DNA of 63,963 nt, the filler included, from Octopus bimaculoides (taxonomy: Eukaryota), in the NCBI RefSeq assembly GCF_001194135.2. It is 6 parts of 6 records of this genome, joined end to end, with 100 filler letters (N's around TTAATTAATTAA, not from the genome) between each part and the next. Parts side by side here need not be neighbours in the genome. Positions count along the whole stretch, not along the records: positions 38,015 to 56,946 come from NC_068991.1; positions 57,047 to 59,480 come from NW_026307426.1; positions 59,581 to 61,709 come from NC_068982.1; positions 61,810 to 63,963 come from NC_069005.1; 2 more parts are not named here. One strand, written 5' to 3'. Every line of letters begins with the position of its first letter. Within the stretch, counting starts at the first letter, position 1. This document shows positions 51,990 through 63,963 of the stretch, piece by piece. The translations under genes were made by a program, and so were the position numbers. The notes below the pieces were generated by a model that saw only the letters and a program-made list of their open reading frames with translations, was not told the origin of the DNA and did no database searches.

Positions 51990-52370
51990 TAATCCTTTCT
52001 ACTGAAGGCACAAGGCTTCATATTTGGCGAGAGGTGACTAATTGATTCCATCGACCCCAGGACTCAACTGGTGCTTAATTTATCGACCCCGAAAGGAAGA
52101 AAGGCAAAGTCGACTTCGGCGGAATTCGAACTCAGAACGTAGCGGCAGACGAAATACCGCTAAGTATTTCAGCGCGCTAACGATTCTGCGAACTTGCCGC
52201 ACTCAGTAATTCTCTTCTACTCTAGGCACAAGGCCCAAAATTTTAGTGGAGGGGGCCAGTCGATTAGATCGGCTCCAGTACGCAACTGGTAATTAATATA
52301 TCGACCCTGAAAAGATGAAAGGCAAAGTCGACCTCGGCGGAATTTGAGCTCAGAATGTAAAGACAGACGA
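51990..52370 (-). mobile_element. Two head-to-tail SINE-B copies (51990-52200, 52210-52370)
   Basis: Both have the ggcacaagg tail, atcgacc core and gcaaagtcgac; 9-nt spacer; the second runs into an N gap. Confidence 0.9.
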
Positions 52371-52798
52371 NNNNNNNNNNNNNNNNNNNNNNNNNNNNNN
52401 NNNNNNNNNNNNNNNNNNNNNNNNNNNNNNNNNNNNNNNNNNNNNNNNNNNNNNNNNNNNNNNNNNNNNNNNNNNNNNNNNNNNNNNNNNNNNNNNNNNN
52501 NNNNNNNNNNNNNNNNNNNNNNNNNNNNNNNNNNNNNNNNNNNNNNNNNNNNNNNNNNNNNNNNNNNNNNNNNNNNNNNNNNNNNNNNNNNNNNNNNNNN
52601 NNNNNNNNNNNNNNNNNNNNNNNNNNNNNNNNNNNNNNNNNNNNNNNNNNNNNNNNNNNNNNNNNNNNNNNNNNNNNNNNNNNNNNNNNNNNNNNNNNNN
52701 NNNNNNNNNNNNNNNNNNNNNNNNNNNNNNNNNNNNNNNNNNNNNNNNNNNNNNNNNNNNNNNNNNNNNNNNNNNNNNNNNNNNNNNNNNNNNNNNNN

Positions 52799-52843
<45 letters not shown>

Positions 52844-53245
52844 CATATATATATGTGTATGTGTGTGTGTGTATGTATGTGTGGGGCGTGTTTGGGTGGG
52901 TGGGTGTGTATTTCAATGATTGATATAGACAAGATACACATGTCAAAACTGAAAAATGAAAATTAGATACAAATATTATTAGCTATATTAGATCAGAGCT
53001 AAAGACATTCAAAAAGATAATGCTACAGGATATATCATAGTAGACATTATTATATTAGCAAATACCAGTGATAACCGATAGTTTCGGAGTAATAAATTTG
53101 ATAGCAATCGTATTAACACGGCTAGACAAGAGAATTAATGAGATCGTTTAGCATACGGTGAATGATGGATATTTGATATGTTATATTCATCACAGAGACT
53201 AAATTGGAGAAGAGGTGAACGGGCTAATGCAATTACCCCTGCCAA

Positions 53246-53303
<58 letters not shown>

Positions 53304-53357
53304 CTGTATAGAAGACGAAAATGGTCTTTTATATATGTTGTGTGTGTGTATGTGAGT

Positions 53358-53436
<79 letters not shown>

Positions 53437-53503
53437 CGAACGTTGTAGAAAATGGCGATATTATTGTCAGATTTAAGGAATACTACTAATATAAAAAGCC
53501 GTA

Positions 53504-53709
53504 CATTAACCCCTCACCATATCGCGGTTCAGCTATCGCGCACTCAGTACATCGCGGATTTTTGTGGCTAATATATGTAAATTCATATCGCGGACTCCTC
53601 GGTGTATCACGGGTTTCTGCGGCCGATAGGTATTTATAATTGTTTAGATTTTCGTTATTTCTTTGTGAGGTTTTGGAACGTAACCCCCGCGGAAGTCGAG
53701 GGATTAATG
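53504..53709. mobile_element. pogo/Tigger-type MITE (206 bp), TA TSD
   Basis: TA|cattaacccctcaccatatcgcgg ... ccgcggaagtcgagggattaatg|TA; the terminal 12 bp are inverted with 1 mismatch. Confidence 0.8.
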
Positions 53710-53794
53710 TATTCAGCCATCCACGAAAACCGTGAAATAGAATGATAGAATGATCATGATGGTGACAGACCTCATCGTTCATATTCTTCTACTC

Positions 53795-53838
<44 letters not shown>

Positions 53839-53961
53839 TATCATGATCTATTATTATCTTGTTTATGCTTTCAGGGCTTATGTGTGTGCTTATGTGTATA
53901 GGTGCATGTGTGTATATGTGTGTACATATATATACGTGTGCGTATGTATATACATGTTTTT

Positions 53962-54000
<39 letters not shown>

Positions 54001-54029
54001 CACATACACACAGACACACACATATATTA

Positions 54030-54200
54030 TGTAACCGCATTTTTCGTGCTCTTTCGTCTTGGACTTTCCTGTTTTTCCTGTTTCCGAGGAAGAGCTATGC
54101 TCGAAACATAAAACTACTACTCTATTCCTTCACTGAGCGTCTTATTAACACATTGCTTGTGCTACGTCTACACGTTCGTTTGATTTTTTTCTTTTCCTTC
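54030..54200 (+). mobile_element. Family H repeat with hammerhead-like motif
   Basis: 54084-54107 ccgaggaa-gagc-tat-gctc-gaaac; flanks homologous to the 28270-28455 copy. Confidence 0.55.
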
Positions 54201-54253
54201 TCTGTGTTTTTTAAATTGACTGNNNNNNNNNNNNNNATATATATATATATATA

Positions 54254-54615
54254 GGCGCAGGAGTAGCTGTGTGGTAAGTAGCTTGCTTACCAGCTACATG
54301 GTTCCGGGTTCAGTCCTACTGCGTGGCACCTTGGGCAAGTGTCTTCTACTATAGCCTCGGGCCGACCAAAGCCTTGTGAGTGCATTTGGTAGACGGAAAC
54401 TGAAAGAAACCCGTCGTATATGTATGTGTGCATGTGGGGGGGTAAGTGTGTGTGTGTTTGCGTGTCTGTGTTTGTCCCCCACCTCGGTTTACGTCTACGT
54501 AACCTAGTGGTTCGGCAAAAGAGACCGATTGAATAAGTACTTGTCTTACAAAGAATAAGTTCTGGGCTCGATTTGCTCGACAAAAGGCGGTGCTCCAGTA
54601 TGGCCGCTGTCAAAA
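54254..54615 (+). mobile_element. SINE family A, full length
   Basis: Head, core, internal (GT)-rich segment and tail all present. Confidence 0.92.
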
Positions 54616-55859
54616 GAATATATATATTCACTGGCAAAACAGACACAAATGCTTACATACACACGCAATCACACAAACACACACACACACACACACAAGC
54701 ACATGCGCATGCGTACCAAATCTTCTTTCCTTAGCTGTTGGCGTTGTGTGAAATCTATGAATGTCACACAAACAATCTCGTTTCCTATTTCTTCTCACTA
54801 TTTTCCATCCCAGCCCGCAGCCATAAGTCTCAGATCTTCACCATTCCATGTTAGAAATTAATATGATCACATCTCATTGCCATGGCGTTGCCGTGAACAT
54901 GTATATATATATATATATATATATATNNNNNNNNNNNNNNNNNNNNNNNNNNNNNNNNNNNNNNNNNNNNNNNNNNNNNNNNNNNNNNNNNNNNNNNNNN
55001 NNNNNNNNNNNNNNNNNNNNNNNNNNNNNNNNNNNNNNNNNNNNNNNNNNNNNNNNNNNNNNNNNNNNNNNNNNNNNNNNNNNNNNNNNNNNNNNNNNNN
55101 NNNNNATAAAGGAAAAAACAGGTTTTTTTTTTATGTTCCCATTTCTAGTAGTTCTGCAAAAGAGACGATATAATGCTATGGGAGAATCCTGAACGCCACC
55201 ACGTGACTGAAGGTGGTCCAGTGGATTACAATAAATAAGAACTGAGTGAACTGTCAGTGGGGGTGGGGTGTCGTTGACGGTGGTAGTTCGACCGTAATTT
55301 TATGACGAACGAAGCGAGTGGTAAAGGATATCAGAGAACGATGCTTTTAGGGAGAAACTTAAGAATCCTCATAGTACATGAAGAAAGCGCTGAAATTGAA
55401 AAGAGAGTAACAAAAATGAAAAATATTATCAGAGTGAAAATGGCAAACCATGAAAGTAAGAAGGATGTGCTGTTGAAGGGAGAAAGAGGCGAGTGTTTAG
55501 TAGAATTATTTGGGGGAAAAAAGTGTTGAAATAACACCATTTTAGTATAGATACGACGGACTGCCTGCTGTTGTAATTTTTGACTAATTAAAGCAGCATT
55601 TATTGTAATTGTAATCATAACATAGAATAAGAATCATACTTAAAAATCAAATACCGCAACCCATTTGAGAGGCTAAAGAATTCACGGCTGTGTATATTCC
55701 GTTTGTAGATCTCTTCAACACCCATTGGTCCCTTCAATCATGCTAAGATTTCTTTGAGGTGTGGGCATATGGCTCCTGCTGGAAATGACTTCTCTATACG
55801 ACAAGTAATAAGCTGCAGATTTTTAAAATGTATGTTGTTAACCGCACGAATTTTACCAG

Positions 55860-55911
55860 TTGTCAGTCGTCGGTGTTTGGCATTCCTGTATATTTAACGA
55901 TTTTGAAGAAT
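55860..55911 (+). other. Candidate 52-nt exon
   Basis: gaattttaccag|ttgtcagtc...gaagaat|gtaagt (perfect donor); frame LSVVGVWHSCIFNDFEE. Confidence 0.2.
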
Positions 55912-58450
55912 GTAAGTTGATATTTTAAGAAGAATTAGCTGCAATTCCTTGCATGTCGAGGAACGAATTAGAGACGACTTTGTTCACTCTTGAGTCTTGG
56001 TTTTTCTTTCGCGCGGCGTCCTCGCTAGCTACGGTGTAAACGGAAGAAAAATACACAGGTCACGCCAGATCTTTTCGTCTGGCTAACTGCTTACAATAGA
56101 ACTCTCCCGGCGACAGCAGCAGACCTGGAGCTTAATAACAACAGCAGCAGCAGCAACAACAACAACAACGACATCATCATCATCAACAGCAACAACATCT
56201 CAGTAGTTTCTTAGGATGGCCCACGGGGGTCATAATTATTGCTCCGTTCTCCTGACTGAAATTATGCTATACAGATCAAACAGTAATCAGATATATATAA
56301 ATCCGTCTAAACATTCAGCAGTTTGTTTTTGATCTCCACCACACAACCTCGCGACAGCCACAACAACAATTACTTTTACCAACCACAACATCGGCAACAC
56401 TGTAATTCTAACTCTCGTTTTTTTGTTTGCCTCTCTTTTTTCCTAAACTAAAGCAAAAATGTAAAAATGGCTATAAGTCAGTCAAATTGTGTTGTCTGTA
56501 ATATGATTTTAGTATCGAAAACACTAATAATGCCGCCGAGATCATCACCATTCCGTAGAGTATTATTTGGAGAGAGAAAGAGAAAGAGATACAGCAGGAG
56601 AGAGAGAGACACACACACACACACACACACGCACAAATAGAGGGGGCATGACAGAGAGAGAAAGAGAGAAAGACTGTGAGAGATGTACTGTTATGTTATT
56701 ACAATATTTACGCTCTATACATTGTTGTCTTTCATCTCCCGACATACACATCGTCCTATTGACAGATCTGACGAATGCATTTAGAAATATCAATGCCGCG
56801 TTTGTTTGTACGAACGTTCTTACCCGCGTGCCATTTGCAGACAATATTTATTGAACACCATTATGCTATCGAATATTTATGCTTTATACTACACTACGCA
56901 CAGCTCTTATTTATTTATGAATATATATATATATATACATATATATNNNNNNNNNNNNNNNNNNNNNNNNNNNNNNNNNNNNNNNNNNNNTTAATTAATT
57001 AANNNNNNNNNNNNNNNNNNNNNNNNNNNNNNNNNNNNNNNNNNNNTATATATATATATATATGAGTTCTCAGTCTCTGCCTTTGGCTATACAATTTTGA
57101 GCAGTACTTTACTGCTTTCTAATTAGATATACTAAGTCAGCTATATGTCGAATGGTTCAGCTTATTCTATCAATCTTCATCTTTTTCTAATAATATGCGT
57201 GCTCGAATACTTGTAAAAATGTTTAATTAAATGTGAATATAAAAAAAAACATGTCAGAAGTGAGAAAACTAATCTCATGGGCGTTTTCCTGAAAACGAAT
57301 ATCGACTAGGAAAAATGGCATTAGAGTGGAGAGCAGTCGCCTTGTAGGGCAGAGATAATATTTCCTCCTTAATTATAGAATGTCATAAATGGTTAGTTGA
57401 CTAAATATAATTGACAGAACTGAGAAATATCTCTGCGCAGTCCTAACAATTACATCTGTAAAACGCGCTATTAGTCTATCGTATTTCCCGGAGTGCCCAT
57501 ATTAAATGGCATATCACAGCATATGAGCTGAACATTTTTCAACGATTTCAATAACGTGAGAAGATTGCTGGTTTTTAAAAGTCTTTCCGAATGTTAACCA
57601 ATATATGTTAGAAACATATCCAGAACCATTCAATTAAAATCGAAATTCTCGGGTTTCCTTTTGGTTTATTTTGCATCACACACTCTCTTTTGGTGGGAAG
57701 GTTACAAAATTATTTCTTAACGCTATTGCATCCAACAGAGAATCGATGCCATAATATCACAGTGTGGTTAGTAACAACTATCGAATGTATTACAGCTTTA
57801 TACTATCCATATTTTATTCCACAGCTTTTTAATTATTGCTAAGCTGAAGCTGTTTTCAATAAAAAGAGGTTTTTTTGTAGGTTCTCATGAAATGCTTGAA
57901 AGAGTATTGCCATATTCATCTAGTCACACCATAACATCCTAAGTTTGAAGAATATGGCCCTAGACACATTTTATCTTTTGCATTGAGTGGATGATCTCGA
58001 CTAAAAGTTTTGTCTTTATACATGATTCTCAGTGTTTCAGTTTACGTCCAAAGAATTTTAAAATAACGAAAAGCAAAAAGAACGTTACAGGATTCACTTT
58101 GTCAACCTCTATAATTTACTGTTAATTACTCATCTCTCCGATTGTTTGCATCCCTTATATTATAGCTGTTTGGGATACAAAGCCATAATTTCAAAGACAA
58201 ATGGATATATCTATATATTCGGAATGCACATGTACAATATACGCTACTGGGTTGCTCCATAAACACCATCTCCGAAATACGAATACAAGCACTTACACAT
58301 ATGTGAACAGGCATACAGATGTGTACACAGAAATGAGCAAACAAGTATGAACACACACATGTATTTTCATGAGAATGTGTGTATGCGACTTCGATTTTCT
58401 GATACAACCTTATAGAAATAAACTCCCCTAAACTGGGACACAGGGATATA

Positions 58451-58514
<64 letters not shown>

Positions 58515-58598
58515 TCTCTCCATCTCCCCCTCTCCTCTCCCTGCCCATCTCCCACTCCCACTCTCCCCTATCTCTCTATCTCTCTCTCTCTATATAAT

Positions 58599-58641
<43 letters not shown>

Positions 58642-58959
58642 ATAAGCATTGTACACACATGCATTCACACACTTCCACGCAGAGCATTGATATATGTGTG
58701 GGCATGTGAGACAGCATACACGCCCACGTGTGTTTATATACATACCTATTTATCTGTCAGTCTGTCACCCATCACTATATTATATGTTTCTATGTATGTG
58801 TATATATATAGTTATGTATATGTATATCTATCTATCTATCTATCTATCTATGTATCTATCTAAAATGTATTAATAAGGGTAGAAATTGATATTAATCAAT
58901 TAAAACCAGTGGTCTAGCATATTAAAAAAATCCGAAGATTAAAATTATATTACATACAA

Positions 58960-59050
58960 AAATAAGAGGAATGACCAGCAAAAGTGGACTCCTATATGCT
59001 AGAAATAGATGCCGAATCATCTAACTACGACGAAATATGTTCTCAGTAAA
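58960..59050. mobile_element. Dispersed repeat I (second copy at 63257-63325)
   Basis: aaga.g.atgacca..aa.gtggac.cc.atatgctagaaa.agat shared by both copies. Confidence 0.55.
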
Positions 59051-59627
59051 AAATTAGCGACACAACAGACTGTAAAAGGCCAAGACAAATGAAAAAATAC
59101 TAAAAAAAAAAAAAACGATTAACCTGTTAAAATTAACGTAAGGAAATATCTGCAGATATATATATATATATATATTTGAATATATAATTGAGAGAATAGA
59201 ACCAAAGTTCATGAACTGATCCATGAAAATACACTGTCACATATAGGAAAATTTAATGAGTAAACACACTAACACAAGGACTATAATAAAATACAAAGTA
59301 TTACAAAAGACAAAATAAACTAGAAAAAAATTACTGGATAATTCCAGATCCAGATTCCGGATTTCTTGGTCTGCATAAGAAATGCTCCTCTTTCATCAGT
59401 AGAATACACTCAGATAGCACATAAATACAAATATATATATAAATATATATATCATTATAAATATACAGGGATTAGCAATTNNNNNNNNNNNNNNNNNNNN
59501 NNNNNNNNNNNNNNNNNNNNNNNNTTAATTAATTAANNNNNNNNNNNNNNNNNNNNNNNNNNNNNNNNNNNNNNNNNNNNAATATATATATATATATATG
59601 TATGCATGTTTGTATGTATGTATGTAT

Positions 59628-59890
59628 GTCGGAGGATCGCGGTTTGGGTTCCCAGACCCGGCGTTGTACGTGTTAATTGAGCGAAAATACCTAAAGCTGC
59701 ACGAGGCTCCGGCAGGGGGTGATGGCGACCCCGTTGTACTCTTTCACCTCAACTTTCTCTCACTATTTCTTCCTGTTTCTTGAGTAACGCTGCGATGGAC
59801 TGGCATCCCGTCTAGCTGGGGGGAACACATACGCCATAGAAACCGGGAAACTGGGCCCATGAGCCTGGCTAGTCTTTAAAAGGGCGCATA
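59628..59890 (+). mobile_element. SINE: 5'-truncated D head/core plus tail E
   Basis: 59628-59770 matches the D core of the 41844 copy; 59782-59890 matches tail E (29121-29230). Confidence 0.85.
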
Positions 59891-59892
59891 AA

Positions 59893-60560
59893 TCAAGACG
59901 CACCTCGTAAATCTCTAAGGTTGTTTGACCGATTATTGGACAGTTGAGGACCATTGAAACTCGAGCCGTTACAGTACTGCGCCCTTATTCCAGATTGAGA
60001 AGATGGGGTCTTTGGTAATATGCAGTCCTGTCCAGTTTGGTGGTTGGTATCGCTTTCAATTCTAAAGTTGGGAGCTAGACCTTCCAGAATTTTCAATATG
60101 TATATCTCTGCATATGTTTCATGCCTTCTCTCTATGGAGTAGAGTTCCAGTTCCTTTAGCTTCTCCCAGTGGCTCATCTGTGTCACAGTGTCTATCTTTC
60201 TTGTGTAGTGATGTTGGATTGCCTCAAGTTCCACTACCAGTTTGACCATCTGCGGTGAAAACAGTTGGAAACCGTATTCCAGACGACTGAGAGAGAAAGT
60301 TCTGGAAAAGCAACTGCTCTGGTTTTGCAAGAGCTTTCTTGCATATCGCTAAAAGAACAGCTGGAAACATATCTGGTCCCGCTGCTGAGATTGAGTTTAT
60401 TTCATCAATGGCCGATATTACAACTTATTTTATATCGATATAATCGATGGTTGCTTTTTTCCGATGTAGATATACAATGTTGAAAAACGCTTCAGGCTTG
60501 CTTATTTGCATGTTTCCCAGTGTAGAGGTCAAGACACTTTGGAGTTGTTTATTTGGAATT
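59893..60560 (-). mobile_element. CR1/L2-like LINE fragment with RT core deleted
   Basis: Pre-RT segment AIDEINSISAAGPDMFPAVLLAICKKALAKP joins near 60290 to the post-RT segment LSRLEYGFQLFSP...LEAIQHHYTRKI...WEKLKELELYSIERR..Y..IYILKILEG. Confidence 0.8.
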
Positions 60561-61184
60561 TCACTTGTTTATTTAGCGCTTCACTATGTATAATGAAGTG
60601 TGTATAATTTACGTGTATGTGTGTGCTTTTGTGTGTGAATTAGATTTCTATAAAGATAATTCATCTGCATCTCTTGTTTACCTTGATATCGATTATAATC
60701 TGATAACGGAATTATTATTTGCGTGCTCAAATAATTATCTATTCTTAATAGTTTACTTTTGGCATTTTAACTCGAACTCATCATCTTGATTGAAATAATT
60801 ATAGATTAGTTAAACTATCAATGAATTAAAATAAAGCCCCTTTTTCCTATGGTGTGTCTTTAACAGAATCTAAATAAGTTAATAATTTCAAACTCCTCTA
60901 TCTCTTATATTGTAAACGCATGAAGCAATTTTAAACTGATTTTTTTCATTAATACAAGATATCTCATAATACAAGATATCTCATAAAGATGGGAGTCACT
61001 TCTGAATAAGATCTAGGACGAGTTGTCTCGCCTGTTTATGACTTTCAGGTGTTTTAACACCCAGTGCAATGTATGTTTGATAATCCCAAGCAACACCATA
61101 CCGTACAACCATCTCTGTATTTGATCAACTGATTTATTTGTTAATAAATATCCATGAATATTATTTTGATATTCCTTTTGCTTA

Positions 61185-61470
61185 CTAAAACTATTACATG
61201 TTATATTAGGTAGAAGGTATACTGTCTTGAGTTTGGTGACTGAAAATCTTTTAAAATCTCATGGGTCTTTCTGAAGATTCTTGCAGAAAACAGGATTGTA
61301 CATTTTGCAGGTCGACGATTCCAACAGGTCTCAGTTCCAACACCTTTCAGTCTCTTAGACAGCAGTTTGAGGGTTGTGCCAAGTGCACCACTTAACACAA
61401 GAATAATTGCCTTCTTAGTCCGTCGATGAAAACGATAACTGCCCATGAAGTATTTTTTCGCATAACTTTA
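61185..61470 (-). mobile_element. R4/Dong-like (RLE-type) LINE 3' end
   Basis: IILVLSGALGTTLKLLSKRLKGVGTET...KCTILFSARIFRKTHEI resembles the C-terminus of RLE-clade ORFs (IxPxVxGALG...L.K..L..TARILRK); short 3' UTR ending in a decayed TAA tail. Confidence 0.65.
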
Positions 61471-61622
61471 TTCAATTTTGCAATGAACAATCTGGTGTGC
61501 TTATTTTAATGGCTCATCGATGTAGACAGTAAGTTTGTTTGCCCTCGGTGTCGGGAAGAACACGGCAAGAAAAGGAAACAAAATTGAAAGGAAAAATAAA
61601 ATAAAATAGCAATAACAACAAC

Positions 61623-61677
<55 letters not shown>

Positions 61678-61849
61678 GGAATAATAATAATAATAATATT
61701 AATAATAATNNNNNNNNNNNNNNNNNNNNNNNNNNNNNNNNNNNNNNNNNNNNTTAATTAATTAANNNNNNNNNNNNNNNNNNNNNNNNNNNNNNNNNNN
61801 NNNNNNNNNCATATATAAGAAACATTGCAAGCTGCCGTTTGTATTAATA

Positions 61850-61886
<37 letters not shown>

Positions 61887-62270
61887 AGCGCAGGAGTGGC
61901 TATGTAGTAAGTAGCTTGCCTACCAACCACATGGTTCCGGGTTCATTCCCACTGCGTGGCACCTTGGCCAAGTGTCCTCTACTATAGCCTCAAGCCGACC
62001 AAAACCTAGTGAGTAGATTTGGTAGATGGAAACTGAAAGAAGCCCGTCGTATATACATATATGTATGCGTGTGCGCGTGTGTGTGTGTATTTGTGTGTTT
62101 GTCCCCAACCGATGCTGTTGTGTTTACGTCCCTGTAGCTTAGTGGTTCGGCAAAAGATACCGAGAGAATAAGTACTAGGCTTACAAAGAATAAGTCTTGG
62201 GGCTGATTTGCTCGATTAAAGGCGGTGCTCCAGTATGGCCGCAGTCATTTGACTGAAAGAATAAAAGAAC
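61887..62270 (+). mobile_element. SINE family A, full length
   Basis: Head to tail present. Confidence 0.92.
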
Positions 62271-62662
62271 ATATATATATATATCCATGCACGCACACAC
62301 ACACACGTATGCAATGTATGTATGTACATATGTAAATAAATAAATTTATAAATGCATGTGTGCATGTGTGTGTGATGTGTGTGTGTATGTGTGTGCGTGT
62401 GTGTATCTATATGTATGTGTATCAGTTAGCTCGTCAAATACAAGTAAACACATGCTAACGCATGCGCACTCGCACGCGCACGCAGCCGCACGTGCAGAAA
62501 CGTCGACTCGTTCTTATTGTAGACAGTAACAAACACACTTTTACGCACAAGCACTTACATTAACACATACTAATAAACACATACACACACATAAACACAC
62601 ACTCGTATGTGTGTGTGCGTGTTTGTGTGTACGTGGAAGCATATGTAAATATGTACCTATGC

Positions 62663-62693
<31 letters not shown>

Positions 62694-62694
62694 T

Positions 62695-62783
62695 ACACTT
62701 GGCCAAGGTGCCACGCAGTGGGAATGAACCCGGAATCATGTGGTTGGTAGGCAAGCTACTTACTACATAGCCACTCCTGCGCT
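62695..62783 (-). mobile_element. SINE family A head only; inverted near-identical copy of 61887-61975
   Basis: 88/89 identical to the reverse complement of 61887-61975. Confidence 0.92.
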
Positions 62784-63334
62784 TATATATATANNNNNNN
62801 NNNNNNNNNNNNNNNNNNNNNNNNNNNNNNNNNNNNNNNNNNNNNNNNNNNNNNNNNNNNNNNNNNNNNNNNNNNNNNNNNNNNNNNNNNNNNNNNNNNN
62901 NNNNNNNNNNNNNNNNNNNNNNNNNNNNNNNNNNNNNNNNNNNNNNNNNNNNNNNNNNNNNNNNNNNNNNNNNNNNNNNNNNNNNNNNNNNNNNNNNNNN
63001 NNNNNNNNNNNNNNNNNNNNNNNNNNNNNNNNNNNNNNNNNNNNNNNNNNNNNNNNNNNNNNNNNNNNNNNNNNNNNNNNNNNNNNNNNNNNNNNNNNNN
63101 NNNNNNNNNNNNNNNNNNNNNNNNNNNNNNNNNNNNNNNNNNNNNNNNNNNNNNNNNNNNNNNNNNNNNNNNNNNNNNNNNNNNNNNNNNNNNNNNNNNN
63201 NNNNNNNNNNNNNNNNNNNNNNNNNNNNNNNNNNNNNNNNNNNNNNNNNNNNNNNNGTATAAGAAGGGATGACCACTAAGTGGACATCCGATATGCTAGA
63301 AAAAGATCATCTACGATCTAACCTCAGTATATAA

Positions 63335-63384
<50 letters not shown>

Positions 63385-63554
63385 GTGTGTGTATGTGTGT
63401 GTGTATGTATGTGTGTGTGTGTGCTTGTGTGTGTAGTGTGTGTGTGTAAGAGAGAAAGAGAGAGAGAAGATATATATGTATGTGTCATATATATTTATGT
63501 GTGTGTGTGTTTGTGTGTGTGTATGTGTGTATAAAATTATGTGTATGCATATAC

Positions 63555-63745
63555 ATTTTGCCATTTACTTCTTTCTATCATTGGACTGCAGCCTTAGATA
63601 AATTTAGCCAAACGTATCAACCCCAGTATTTATTATTTGTTTTGTAAAGGTTTGTACTTATTTTATTGGTCTCTTTCGCTGCACAGCTATATTTCGGGAA
63701 CGTTAACACACCAACACTGGCTGTCCAAGCGGTAGTGAAGGACAA
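63555..63745 (-). mobile_element. SINE family A, 3' half, decayed
   Basis: tcattggactgcagcc...atcaaccccagta...tattttattggtctctttcg...caccaacactggctgtccaagcggtag. Confidence 0.7.
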
Positions 63746-63808
63746 AAGTATATACAAGCGCACGCGGGCACATACATGCATACATACATACATATGTGCG
63801 TGTGTGTG

Positions 63809-63845
<37 letters not shown>

Positions 63846-63932
63846 TGCTAGGTCAGTTGTGGGGGAGGGATCATTAGTTCTCATAGAATCGTACGTACGG
63901 TGTGTATATATATGTGTGTGTGTGTGTGTGTT

Positions 63933-63963
<31 letters not shown>

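Noticed and set aside
55725-55744. ttggtcccttcaatcatgct resembles miR-133-3p
   Set aside because: Several differences from the conserved mature sequence, and no complementary 5' arm upstream.
60951-60984. 17-bp exact tandem duplication aatacaagatatctcat x2
   Set aside because: Real but an ordinary slippage duplication with no associated structure.

Overview
AT-rich, gap-riddled eukaryotic scaffold dominated by microsatellites and short repeats. The composition and repeat families resemble an octopus (coleoid cephalopod) draft genome; this is an inference from recalled repeat sequences, not a database result. I found no protein-coding gene I can name, and no rRNA, intact tRNA or CRISPR array. 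Nearly all ORFs in the track are microsatellite translations or run through N gaps. Supported content: (i) at least four tRNA-headed SINE types (my labels A-D) whose heads and tails are visibly swapped between copies; (ii) decayed LINE pieces (three RTE-like 3' ends, one R4/Dong-like 3' end, one CR1/L2-like copy lacking its RT core); (iii) small DNA-transposon derivatives, including a complete 50-bp element with perfect 20-bp TIRs and an exact 8-bp TSD; (iv) Penelope-like hammerhead-type motifs; (v) a tRNA-Gly pseudogene; (vi) several unassigned candidate exons, consistent with intronic or intergenic sequence of a long locus. The best leads are the 50-bp mini-transposon, an 89-bp near-perfect local inverted SINE duplication, the modular SINE system and the hammerhead-like repeats. 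None is shown to be a new biological system.
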